This document shows positions 51,011 to 63,091 of a DNA stretch of 64,000 nucleotides, one piece after another. The DNA is taken from the NCBI RefSeq assembly GCF_000143415.4, contig NW_003314283.1:129804-193803 (forward strand). The letters run 5' to 3'. Origin of the DNA: Selaginella moellendorffii (taxonomy: Eukaryota; Plantae; Lycopodiophyta). Each line of letters opens with the position of its first letter. The first letter of the stretch is position 1. The position numbers and the translations under genes were made by a program. The notes below the pieces were generated by a model. It did not search any database and was not told the DNA's origin. It saw only the letters and a list, made by a program, of their open reading frames with translations.

Positions 51011-51304
51011 TTCTTGAATAAGATGAAAAGGCCTAATTAAAGTAAATTTGGTAGAACATTTGAAACTTTTACTGAGCTATAGGACACTATGGTAAAACTC
51101 CCATAACACCACTGACTTACAATATAGTTGCCATCAACTATAATAACAATATAACCAAAAGCTATACCATAAGCATCATCCATATATGGAAGTCCGACAG
51201 ATTTAAACATATACTACTCCAATCTGCTGCTGTCATGATGGTATCCTCCCTCTCTATGATTCAATTGTTATTAGATTAAGATTTTCCTTACACTGTAATA
51301 GAGT

Positions 51305-51535
51305 TTACACAGGCTTCTACCTTTGTGGTGTTAGAATCATGTTCTCACAAACAACATGAATAGAGCTTTTTCTTTCACTTCTGATGTTATGCCATGCCAA
51401 AATGGTTGCCTCTGGCTTGGTCCTTTCGGGGCCATAGCTGTGAAAGGCAATGTGAATTTTGAAAGTATTCTAGCTGTGGCAATAGATGTTGGGGTTGAAG
51501 ATGTTGTGGAACTTGAAATTGAAGATAATAGATAA
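51305..51535 (+). pseudogene. Decayed inverted copy of exon 4 of the YebC-family gene
   Basis: GCCATGCCAAAATGGTTGCCTCTGGC..GCTGTGAAAGGCAATGTG..GCTGTGGCAAT..GAAGATGTTGTGGAAC aligns with the reverse complement of 60135-60400, with indels. Confidence 0.85.
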
Positions 51536-52421
51536 TTTTCTATGGAATTTGGTTGATGAAAGGTACTAACTATAGTGATATTTATTCTTATTAATAACTA
51601 TACTTTTTAAGTTCTATATTTTTAATAATCTAAGGTCTATAAATACATATATGTATATTACCTAGGATACATTCTTATGTATGTGAATATTATTTATTTT
51701 GTTTATATTAATGATGATATAACTAATACCTCTCAATGTTTAAGTTATTGGAGATTTAATATTATTTTTTTCCTAATTATATAGAAAAGATGCATTCCCA
51801 ACAAGATTTGTACATATTTTAGATTTGTTACAAGAACTTTAAAGAGTATAAATATGGCATGTTGCAACTTAAACTATAGGCACGTACTCTAAATGTTATT
51901 GACTAGCATATTGAGAATCAAATATCTTGGATCTCCATGCCAAAGTAGAATGGCACTACTAACATCATCACTAACAATCAGACTTTATATGGTAAAAGCC
52001 CTTTCTTGGATTTGCATACATATTATAAACTTTTGAATTTAAACATATTGGGAGGTCACCCAACTCAGTAATACTCAAACCCAAAGACATTTAACTTTAA
52101 ATATCCCAATACTCTTAATCAATTGAAAAATAGGGTGCACTTTTGTTCATGGACCTTTTCCTTTTATATTTGAACCTTTATAAATTGTCTTTTAAGTTGT
52201 TCCTTTTGATTACTTACAGATGCATCACACTATAACACATGATAATACTATCACACTTGCACATGTTAGATATGTTGTAGTATTTAAATTCATTTTATAT
52301 ATTATTTACTCTCTTTAAATCATAATGTATATTTCACTGTAGATTTTTATATGCAGTATAAAAGAAATATAGAATTCCAAAACCTATAGAAAAGGATGGA
52401 GAGGTTTCTCCTACATTTTTT

Positions 52422-52521
52422 NNNNNNNNNNNNNNNNNNNNNNNNNNNNNNNNNNNNNNNNNNNNNNNNNNNNNNNNNNNNNNNNNNNNNNNNNNNNNNN
52501 NNNNNNNNNNNNNNNNNNNNN
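52422..52521. other. Assembly gap (100 N)
   Basis: Run of N. Confidence 1.
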
Positions 52522-53774
52522 TATATTTTGGTATTTTAAGGTTTGTCAAAACCTTCATTTCTCCAATTTATATTCCTTGATAAAGCTTTTAGTTGACTGC
52601 ATTACTTGTTGAATTGAGCTCAACTCAACTTTTGACCATCCCTTTCTATATTTAGTCTAAACACTTTAATCCCATGCTTTTTAGCTTAGGCTAGGCCAAT
52701 TCTATTACTAGGTAAATATTTCATGAACTAACCACCCTAATTTACTTTAGATGTCTTTCAATGAAATACTTGGTGTCTCTATACCACCAGCTCTATAAGC
52801 CTATCTTTACAACACATTCTACTTGTATTTATGTTTTTCATTAAGACCATATTTGTATTTTTTATGCTGATTATTGGTAGCACTTCACTATTGTATTTAA
52901 ACATAATTCTTCTCAAAGTTATTTTCCTCTGTAAACACCTTTTCATGACATTAGCATAGCCCTCTTGGCCACCAATTAGATACTCACTATTTTTATTCTT
53001 GAATGTCAAGATTATTTCAGTCCTTAAGCAAATATAACACATCTTACTTTATTTACATCCTTGAAACTATTCTTTGACTCCACTAAGTCATTTAACTTTT
53101 GGACTTGTTAGTCTTACAATAAGTCTCATGGCTACTCTTAAAGGGCTACCTCACTTGAATATAAGCTCTATATTTATATTGTATCTATATAGACAATTTT
53201 TATAAATATTAATCCAACACTTAATCATCTCTTTTGCTCCATGTGAGCTACTTTACGTTTTAGAACTATCCTTTCACAATATAAAAATGTCAACTCATCC
53301 TTCAAGTATACCTTTAACTCCTTAGGTTGTTTTAACATTCAAGAAAGGTAGTCTAAGCTACCATATTGGCATGTGTCCTCAGCCATATTTGACCACGGAT
53401 AATTATAAATTCCAATCTTAAATTTATGAGCACCATCCTCAATTACATTAGGATAATCCTATAATTTTTTTATCATTTAAGAGTCCTTTTACTTAACATG
53501 ATCCTAATCATGGTTTTTTACCATAATTATATTAAAGACAGTTTTATTAAATCAAACTTTTATATAGATCACACCCTAACTTTCTAAAAAAACCTTATAA
53601 AGTTTACTATCCCCCTTTTTATTCATCATAATGCTAACAAATTCATATATGAACTAAAGTGGAAAACTACACTCTCATAGCATGCTACTGCTTTAATCTA
53701 ACCCACTTCTCAAACCTTCAAAAGTTATTTTTAAATGGTTATTTGACTACTAATAGGAGTCAAATTAAAGAAAA

Positions 53775-54110
53775 GATCTAATACCAAATGTAAGCTTATA
53801 AATTTGAACTTCTCAAGAGGTCATATACCTTAACATTACTCAAACTTAAGGATGTTTAACCCCAAACATCCTAAAATCTTTAACTGATTGAAAAAAAGGT
53901 TGTATTTTTATTCATAAGCCTTTTTCCCTTTATATTTAAACTTTTATTGATTGTCTTTTGAATCATTCTCTTTAATTGTTTACAATTTATTACGCTTCCT
54001 TGCAAATTCATGCTTTTGTGAATAGAATTTGAGAGCTACAACTTTCCTGAGAGCCTCACTTTCTTGACACCCTACCCCTTGGGTTGAGCCCAATCATACC
54101 AAATTAATAA
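53775..54110 (-). mobile_element. Cassandra-like TRIM LTR copy (others at ~52020-52230 minus and ~56150-56560 plus)
   Basis: Same LTR body as 56805-57160. On the minus strand ..CTTACA is followed by TTTGGTATTAGATC (tRNA-iMet PBS-like). Confidence 0.6.
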
Positions 54111-56804
54111 GCTTTAAAATTGCATTGAAACTTAAGGACTTCTTAAAAAAAAGAGATTTCCTTTTGGAATTTTTTTATCATATTTCACATCTTATAAAGA
54201 TATTTTAAAGTAAGCTCAAAATAATATTTCAAATTAACTAGAACTTACTTTTGTTTGTTGGTAAGTGCCAAAAGACTATTTAATGCTTTACTTAGTTATT
54301 GAGGTGAAAGTGTTAGAGTGTTTGCAATTGATCACAAGAAATTTAAAGATTAATTTATTTATTACCTTAATAGCTATAATTGCAAGTTGAGATCTTGGAG
54401 ATTCATTTACTACTTGAAATAACAGATGTAGCCTTGATCAAAGACTCTAAGCATGTCCTATTCACCACTAGATGGTTATGCTAACCAATATGAATAATTA
54501 CTCTAGTGAACGATATTTCATATGGGATAACATAAAAGATGTGAACTTTATATTCTCCTTCATATCATGGAAAGTTTTTACAAAAGTGATATTTCATAAA
54601 ACCAAACTACCTTATGAAAGTATTTATCATTAAACTTTTAAACTGGTTATAGTATGGGTAGTCTAAGTTGAATCATTAAAGGAATCTAACATAACTACTC
54701 CTTTAGACTCTTCTAGCAAAATAATCAACTCTTCAATCCATAAATTTCACCTAAACATACTTATTCTAATTCTAATTCATCCCCTTTTTAGAATTTAGAA
54801 GGTGGAAGTTCAAAATCTAAATCTCTATTATAGTTTTCAAGAAACTTTGATTAGTCCACAAACTTTCCTATATTAATACTTTGAATTAGAGTGTTTAGCC
54901 TTTAGTAACTCAAACATAAATCAATTACCCATATGTCCTTCTATATCTACATCTTTTGTTAAACTTACCATTGAAGAATTTGCTATTGTTAAGGATGCAC
55001 ATAACTCTTTTTATATTTGCTGTTGAAGAAAAACCTTTTTACTCTGGATTGATGTATCACTTGAATCTACCATAAACTCATGTAGCTAAAACTCTATTTT
55101 TACAATTAAATTTAATGCAAAATGTTTTTAAAAGATCTCCATCATAGTAACCCAAAGTGACCCCATACCTTAAACTCTCTACAACATTCTAGGTTGAATC
55201 CCAAAGAAAGCATATAAAGATTCTATCAATGACTCCATTTCTAGTGACAATTCTTTCCTTTGATATCTTACTATCTCCATCATAACATCATTGCTATTGG
55301 ATTTTCAACCATATCTAAACTAGGGAAAATAAAAAAACCTTACAAGAAAATTTAAGTCATTAATGATAGTAAAATCTTAGAGTTGTAATTTTAAATTTTT
55401 TTAAAAAATTTGATTTAAGGCTTAATGGTTTTTAGAGTTGATGCATGTACTAAAATTAGGTTAGTATATAGCAATGTGGGCTGCGAGAGATAGGCAAGTT
55501 AAATCCACTATGGTGCTCCAATGACACTATGGCAATTCTTGCAGCAACCTCAATTACAAGATTTGGCTACTACTTGAGTTGCCATATGAGGGGAGTAGTG
55601 CCATGGGCTCTTATGTAGCAGCTTAGACCATAGCCAAGGTTATCTAGCTAGCCCAACCTGCCACATCAAGGGGAACAGTGCTATGGCTCCCCCTATGGTA
55701 GCTCAAGCTACAACCAAATATTGCAATCAAAGTTGCTATTGAAGGGGAGTTGCTTTATGTCTCCCTCGCAGTAATTTAGATGGTGATGAGTTTGGCTAGC
55801 TTGAGCTGCTCTATGAGGGTATATGGCACTATAGCTACTTTTGCAGAAGCTCAAGTGGTGGCAAGTTTAGCCACTATAATTTGTCAAGTGGTCCAGTTAC
55901 TGATCCTCATTTTTTTTAGTTTTATACTTGCACTTTTTAGACTTTGCCAACTTGCTAAACACATGCAACAAGGTAATATTTATTGAGAATATTGCTATCA
56001 ATGCCATAAGAAACATAGGCATAGCATAGGTGAGAAAACCTTTCTCAAACTTTATCAAGCTAAGCAAATTAAAATTATCCACTTGAGTGGATAAAAAATC
56101 CTAAACTACCTAGAAATAAATTTGAGGAAAAAAAAGGAATAACATGTAAACAATCAAAAAAGAATAATTTGAAAGATAGTCTATTAGGGTAAAATATAAA
56201 GGGAAAGTTCCCATAAATAAAAGTGCGCCCTCTTTTTTAATCAATGAAAGGTTTTGCGGTTAAATATTTTTGAGTTTGAGTTAATTCATTGGTTAGTGAA
56301 TCACACCTTATATTAAGATTGATATCTAGCAATCCATTTTGCTCGAAGATGTGAACTTGGAGAGAAATGTGGGGGATTGTAAATAACTAAAGAGAAAAAC
56401 TTAAAAGATGGTTTATTGAGGTTTAAATATAAAGGGCAAAAACCCATAAACAAGAGTGCACCCTATTTTTTAATCGATTAAGGGTTATGGGATAGTTGAG
56501 GTTTAAATAATATTGAGCTAGATGACCTCTAAGAAAGTTTGAATTCAAAAGCTTATACAACATAAAAAATAGAAAGTTGATAGCCTTGATCATTTGGAAA
56601 GTTAGGTTACACAAAGAAAAGTGGTTATAACAAGAAGAGGAAGATGATGGCTTTGATGGATTCCAATTGTCCTTCAAAGTTCCAAATGGAAGTTATCCCA
56701 AATTTACTACAACACTTGGATAATAGAACCTCACCCCCATTTTTATGTTTAAAGATCTCTTTACTAAAATCCTCTTCATGCATAGATTCTTCATCCACTT
56801 AATG

Positions 56805-57260
56805 ATTCTTAATTTGGACTTCCTGGGAGGTCACTGTCACTTAGTCTAGTATTATTCAAACCCAAAGACATTTAATCCCAAATATCCCAAAACCTTTAAC
56901 CGATTGGAAAAGAGGGTGCACTCTTGTTCATGGGCCTTTTCCCTTTATATTTGAACCCTTATAAATTGTTTTTCGAGTCGTTCTCTTTAGTTACTTATAA
57001 TCCACCACGCTTCTCTGCAAATTCATGCAAATTCATCCATTCATTCTCTGTGAATGGAAGCTGAAAGCCACAACTTTTCCGAGAGCTCTACTCTTTTGAC
57101 ACCCTACCCCTAAGGTTGAGTCTAGCCAAGAGTAAATTGGACCTGCTAAATGTCAATCAACATATAATGTGATTCCCTTAGCCAACTAACAGAGTTGGAC
57201 TTGAGACCTTTTTGATAACAAATGTAAACTTCTAAATTTAGACTTCCCGAGAGGTCACCA
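56805..57260 (-). mobile_element. Cassandra-like TRIM (5S rRNA-derived LTR), best-preserved copy
   Basis: GGACTTCCTGGGAGGTCAC..CTAGTATTATTCAAACCCAAAGACATTTAA resembles the reverse complement of the 5S rRNA A/C-box region. A second LTR end begins at ~57222, with TTACA followed by PBS-like TTTGTTATCAAAA on the minus strand. The interior is only ~60 bp. Confidence 0.65.
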
Positions 57261-58719
57261 AGCATAAACTTCAATAATAGGTACACCCATTTCTTCTCTA
57301 TATTTTTTGTTAACATAATTTTCTAAGTAGATGCTAACAAGATTATAAACAAGCTTATAGATGAGGAACAAGTCCAACTTAACATGATAGTAACCAAGAA
57401 AAACCAATTTGGGAAGCATAATAGTTATATCAAGTTCTCTTGATATGTCTACATGCACATTTTATTCATAAATTTGCTAAAGCATTCATTTCAAGTTTCT
57501 TAGTATGACATCAATAAAAACTTGGAGAGATTGAAGAAGAAAAATATTGATATTGAAACTGTTACTCGAAAGGAATTCTATTTTGATGTTAGTATTGCAA
57601 ATGAATTTTGTAGAACTTTTAAATTGTGTTTAGTTTTTGGGGTAACATTGTAGACAATTAAGATGGTAAAGGTATTTTTTGAAGCTCACTTTGCCCTAGT
57701 TAAAGATTATATATCAGAGTCAAGAAAAGGCTAGGGTTTTAGAAGCAAGAAACAAATATGTTTAGTGTTTTCCAGTTAGTAATTAATTTTTTAATGTAGA
57801 TTAAAGCTACTATTATTATGCAAGAAAATGGAAGGGGAAAAGTGGTTTTCTTTTAAAAGCTAAAAGCTTTGATAGACATGGTTATGCAATGCTTTTGTTG
57901 TGAGGGTAGTTATATCCTTCACTTCTTCACTATCACAAAGGCTTTCTTAGTTGTTGCTTGATGCAATGGTTGCAATGCCTTTGGACTATTGTGATCCAAC
58001 ATCATATAATGGTTTTAGTGTGTTATCATGAAGAAAATTCTTGATTGATATACCTTACATGAAGGTTATGGAGATACATCTAGAGCATTATAACATGCAT
58101 GTTAAGGAGAAGTCAGTTTTCATGTCGAAACTTGTTAATGATCATACACAAGAAGAAGAGAGAAACAAAAAAGATAAGAGAGAAGAAGAATGGAACTTAG
58201 TACTTTTATATTTGTGGACTGAGATATAATTTTCTATAGTTATAATAACATTGGTATTTTATAGTTATAATATAAGGTATAGATATGAGTGCTTGGAATA
58301 TGAAAAATGAATACAAAAAATGTGCATATCAATTAGCCCAAAAGCCCTAGCTTATATACAGGAGCGAGTGGATGGGATTGAAACCAATCCAACGGCTACC
58401 AAAATCTCACTACACTAATATTAGTATACGGCATCATAGCCGTACACTTGGCCCTCACATAGAATAATTATTATATAATTAATATATAATTTTAATAATA
58501 AAATATATTCAATTTTAATTCATTACACAAGAATATTTTTAGCAACAATGAAGTTGTGTCTTTATGCTTTAATAGGTGATCCCAAGGAAGTTAATAATTT
58601 TTAAAGAGAAAAGCAAGTGCCAAAACAAAAACCATAAAAAAAAAAAATTTAAGCTAGGACTAAACTAGGACGCTGTATAAGTCCATATTAATTTTAGTGG
58701 ATTAATATAGAGTAAAGCT

Positions 58720-59577
58720 ATGATAACTTTTGGAGCTTTGAATGTATTAAGAAGGAACCAAATGATAAATCTTATCACAGGGATTTCAGCTATAATTTCA
58801 GCTATTCCCTTAATTGATATACCCAGAGGTCAAGTTGTAACCAATACAATTCAAATAAGAAACGAAAATCATGGTGATTACACTATTACAGTTAATTATT
58901 GGATTTTTAGTATAACTCCTGGTAAGACTTTTGGTGAATGTTCTATAAATCCAGCAGGTGATATAGATAATGGAGCTATTATAAAAAGGGAATTAGAAAA
59001 TTTAGTTACATTATACCAAACTATATTAATTAATGCAGGCTCATCTTTTGTTACAATTATGACAAGACTATATGCTCTTGAGTATTCAATTGATAGTTAT
59101 AGAACATTTCCACAACCACAAACTAACAAACTTCAATATATAAATTATTATCAGTGTTTTGCTTTTAATAGTATGTTAGTAGGTGGTTATTTTGATATGC
59201 CCTACCAATATTTAAGCACTGAGCATTTTTTGATTTCTCCAAACAAGAAAGTAATTTTATATTTACATAATAGTTGTAATCTTGTTTTATATATAGGTAA
59301 ATATAAAATATGGTCTACTAAAACATCAGGCCATGGTAAAAATTGTAAATTAAGACTACAAAGTAATGGAAAATTAGGATTATATTCAGAGGATGGTATT
59401 ATTGTTTGGTCTCCTAATAATAAAAAATGTCTTAATTGTTTTCTAAATATATATTTTATTGTTCAAAATGATTGTAACTTAGTTTTATACCAATCAATAA
59501 GTAAAGTATTATCTACTCGTCAACCTACTGTAATTGATTTATGGGATTCTAAATCTTATCCATGTTTGATTAATTAA
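58720..59577 (+). CDS. Protein with a C-terminal bulb-type (GNA-like) mannose-binding lectin domain and an unknown N-terminal region
   Basis: Three beta-prism II subdomain motifs HNSCNLVLY, QSNGKLGLY and QNDCNLVLY (last one is canonical QxDxNxVxY), plus IWSTKT and VWS. The 285-codon ORF stays open in very AT-rich DNA. Confidence 0.8.
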   Translation: MITFGALNVLRRNQMINLITGISAIISAIPLIDIPRGQVVTNTIQIRNENHGDYTITVNYWIFSITPGKTFGECSINPAGDIDNGAIIKRELENLVTLYQTILINAGSSFVTIMTRLYALEYSIDSYRTFPQPQTNKLQYINYYQCFAFNSMLVGGYFDMPYQYLSTEHFLISPNKKVILYLHNSCNLVLYIGKYKIWSTKTSGHGKNCKLRLQSNGKLGLYSEDGIIVWSPNNKKCLNCFLNIYFIVQNDCNLVLYQSISKVLSTRQPTVIDLWDSKSYPCLIN

Positions 59578-59772
59578 AATTCATAATACTAGAAACTAAT
59601 TGCTTAACTTGCTAAGTTTTAATAAATTTATTGTGTATGTCATACACACTTTAAAAAAACTCTTGAGAGAAAATGTATAATCTCTAACCTGAGGATCACT
59701 GCTGGTGCATGGCACCTCGATTTGATTGCGAGAGTCCAGCTAAATTCCATGGAGGCCAAATCAATAATTCAG

Positions 59773-60927
59773 TCAAGGCTTTTGAGTTGAATAAACTGCA
59801 TCTACATCTTCTAGTTCCAGTAGTTTATCGATCAAAGCCCTATTCATTTCCATTGCTTCATCATCAACCTGGAAAATCAAAAGAGAGGAGAAAAAGGATC
59901 AATCCAAAGAAACATCCATGGAAATCTCTTTCATACCTCCACTAGATCAGTTGGTACAAGCTCTAGACCCGAATTATCCATGTCAATCGAGAACCCCGCA
60001 TCCTTGAGCCCAGCTTTGACACGCCCGAAATCATCCATCGCCGTTATCACCTTGAAGTACCTTACATCAACCAAGTTCCTTATTAAAAAAAAAAAAAGAA
60101 ACACAGAATTCTACAAAGAAAATAGCTTACTTCTTCTCCTCTGGGCTTTCATCATCCTCCAATTCAGGTTCCACGACGTCCTCAGCTCCAGTCTCCATCG
60201 CCACAGCCAGAAGACTTTCGGAATCCACATTGCCTTTCACAGCCACGACTCCAGCCCGTTTGAAGTTGAAGAGGACCGAGCCAGAGGCAGCCATCTTGGC
60301 ATGGCTCTTTTTTATAACATCGCGAACGAAAGAAGAAGCTCTGTTCGTGTTGTCCGTGAGAACTTCCACCACGATTCCAACACCACCAAAGCCGTAAGCC
60401 TGCATTGTTTCAAACTCTCTTGCAAGCGCAAACAAAACGCAATGTGAGTTACCTCATATGTGATCTCCGTGAAATCCTGCTGGTCCTTGTCTTTCGCTTT
60501 CTTAATGTTGCGTTCTATGAGATCTTTCGAGACGTGAAGCTCCTTCGCTTTCTGCACTAGCGCTGCCAGTGTTAAATTCGATGACAGGTTTGTCCCGCCT
60601 TCCCTCGCCCTGAAAAAACCTATCCAATTAGCAACAAGCGAGAGAAAAAATCACAAATGCGATACGCTTGCGCTATCTCTTTGCCAAGCCTGGCATTAAC
60701 TTTGTTTCTCTTCAAGCCCTGTGCCGCCTGCAGCACTGTTGATTACATTAGAAGCTTCAGACGAGAAAGAAAACGCTAACCTTCCTGTCCGCAATCTTGC
60801 AAGCTCGCCTTCCCATCTCCAGAGGAGCAGAGGTCCATAGACGCTGAAAACAAGTCGCATTTCCTGCGGTGCTGCCATGACGAACATTTCCGCGGTGTGC
60901 TCTCAAAGCAGCGACAACTGCCTTCAT
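59773..60927 (-). CDS. Organelle-targeted YebC/PmpR (TACO1-like) protein, 6 exons, intact
   Basis: Exons 60927-60781, 60728-60667, 60609-60453, 60399-60131, 60060-59937, 59868-59773 with GT-AG introns. Transit-like leader, then MGRRACKIADRK..LGKEIA..YEAYGFGGVGIVVEVLTDNTNR..VLFNFKRAG..GAEDV..KLLELEDVDAVY. Confidence 0.93.
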
Positions 60928-60931
60928 CTGC

Positions 60932-60948
60932 AAAACCCTAAAACCCTA
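60932..60948. promoter_or_regulatory. Tandem telo-boxes (AAACCCTA) just upstream of the YebC start codon
   Basis: AAAACCCTAAAACCCTA. Telo-boxes are common near plant translation-related genes. Confidence 0.45.
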
Positions 60949-62189
60949 GACGTTTTTTTTTCTCAAGTCCAGGAAGCATTATGTCTGCTTTGGTAGAAAT
61001 CATGATGATACTATCGTCAGATTTCAAGTATACCAAAACATCTCTCATCCCTTGATGCTCGTCCTACAAAGGAGGTTGTGAAGAAAGCCTTGAACACAAC
61101 CATGGTGGCTACTGCTGGAGGATCATCATCCAACGTGCGGGGAATAACGCAACTGGAGGGGTCCATTCTGAGCCTGATGCAGAAGCGATGTATGTGCGAA
61201 TGAGTAACAAGCGTTCATGTACTCAAGAGTTTGGATAAAGACAGCAGCAACAACATCACAATAGCATCACAAGCAATTAAATGGTGGTGGAAAGCACACT
61301 GATGATGGACTCCTTGTTTGAACAATGTAAGACAAAGTTTGGACCAAAGCGCTGTTGGACTTGGACACGAGGTGAAGGATTGCCCGTCTATCAAGGACAT
61401 GAACCAGAGAATTGTACGCAAACATTGTTGAATTTGAGGAAGGTGAACCACATGAGAATGAATGTATGTATTTCTTCATGAATCTGTATATCTTATGATT
61501 GGATCACAGTGGATTGATTCACAACACACCATTTGTCAGCAAATAAACTAGCATGCTTTCTCAACGCATTTGAATGTATATGTTTGGCAGTTCCTCAACG
61601 TTTTACTTTATGAAAGTTCTCGCTTGGGGAATCAGTTCTTCATCAACATGTCCGGACTTAGTGGGCCTCTTGCAACTGGACTTTTCTTCAATGGAATTTC
61701 GCCATCTTCATTCCCTGATTTACTCGGTTATACAGTCATTCGTAAGGTTTTGGCCCCAGGCTCTCTGAGAAGTCTGGCCTCCTCTTTGTACATACACTAC
61801 CATTTCTGCATGACTTTTTGAAAAGTATATTCATGGCAAGAATCAAAACCCATACCCATAAAAATAAAGTTTTAAAGACTTTATACTCATAATGTTTAAC
61901 ACAAATCCATCTTTTCTTCTCTATTATTTTAATTTATTAATAATTTCATTGTTTCCCCTTTGTTTGATGACGAACTTTTGACAATTCCAACACTAGTGAA
62001 CTGTGAAAAGGTGAGCCTTATCCATACTGATTTGTCTTTAAACTCTCAAGAGAAAATTAGAATAAGAGCTAAGAATGATATGTCTATTATCACCATGTCC
62101 AATAAATGACAATTTAAGGTTTTCTTCCTTAATGCCCTTCCAATCTAATCTCAACTAAAAACTGATAAAAGGTTCAATAGTACCAACCT

Positions 62190-62497
62190 ATTAGATCTAG
62201 AGATCAGTGTTGTCCATTCTTCTGTAGTCTCAGCACAGGGACATCAAAACCTGTCAAAAAACAAGTAACATAGTAAAAAAGAGGACTAGAATTTCCCAGA
62301 GCAAACCGAGAAGTTCATGCGAGTCTCAAGCCCTGGATTATAGCAGTGAACATATCTTTCCCCACAATCTCTCGTAAGTTGGAGTCCTTTAGTGGACCAG
62401 CCACGTCAATCACAGCTCCACTAAAAACTACACCCCTGTGAACTGCATTGCTACTGAATTCCTAGATGGAGCAACAGCAGAGTGCTGGATTACAAAA
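62190..62497 (-). pseudogene. Gene fragment resembling C-terminal exons of exportin-5/HASTY
   Basis: Minus-strand NAVHRGVVFSGAVIDVA..SNLREIVGKDMFTAIIQGL, then an exon starting VLMSL. This recalls HASTY FCGAVV..LREFVSKDLFSAIIQGL..QILLSL (from memory). Splice acceptors are present, with stops. Confidence 0.5.
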
Positions 62498-62575
62498 CTG
62501 CGAAGAAAGCAAAAGAGAGCAAATGCTAAGCCATAAAGCATAAGAACTTGAAAGTGCTCAACAAAGCATTCCTGG

Positions 62576-63091
62576 TTACTTGTTCATTGTTATGCGACCT
62601 TGCCACTAGCCTGGGGTGCTGTCAATACTGGCACTATATTTGCAGTGGACGGAAGTCGACAAGTGTATACTGAGGAGGAGGTAATTACATAGAACATGAC
62701 ACTAACCTTATAGTAGAGACTTATTTCTATCTATGAGCCAAACAGCTAAATTTATGACATAAATTACAACTTTATGACACTAAAAATGAATTATCACTGT
62801 GAAAATATACCTTGCTCTTATAAACAATTAAAGGCATGCTTACTTATGGCTTCCAAAATTAGTAATAGTAATAGTAAAATAAGTATACTATTAAATTCTA
62901 TATTATTAATAAAATATTAGTAAAATAATAATAATATATTTATTTATTTACTAATGTGAGTGCTCATGATATGGGAATAAATATATTAATTGGGGTTTAA
63001 ACCCCTACTTAAATACAAGAACTGATGAAGTAAATTCAGTCTTAAATAAACAATTTGTATACTATACTGTTATAATTAGTGTTTTACTTAG
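62576..63091 (-). repeat. Paralogue of the transposon flanks (empty site)
   Basis: 62706-63091 is the reverse complement of ~34040-34473. 62680-62705 is the reverse complement of ~48223-48262. 62576-62660 matches 48282-48365 directly. Confidence 0.88.

Noticed and set aside
52522-55350. Possible decayed LINE on the minus strand
   Set aside because: I could not find convincing endonuclease or RT motifs by eye.
56816-56880. 5S rRNA gene
   Set aside because: Only a degenerate ~60-bp part is present, embedded in a repeated TRIM-like unit.
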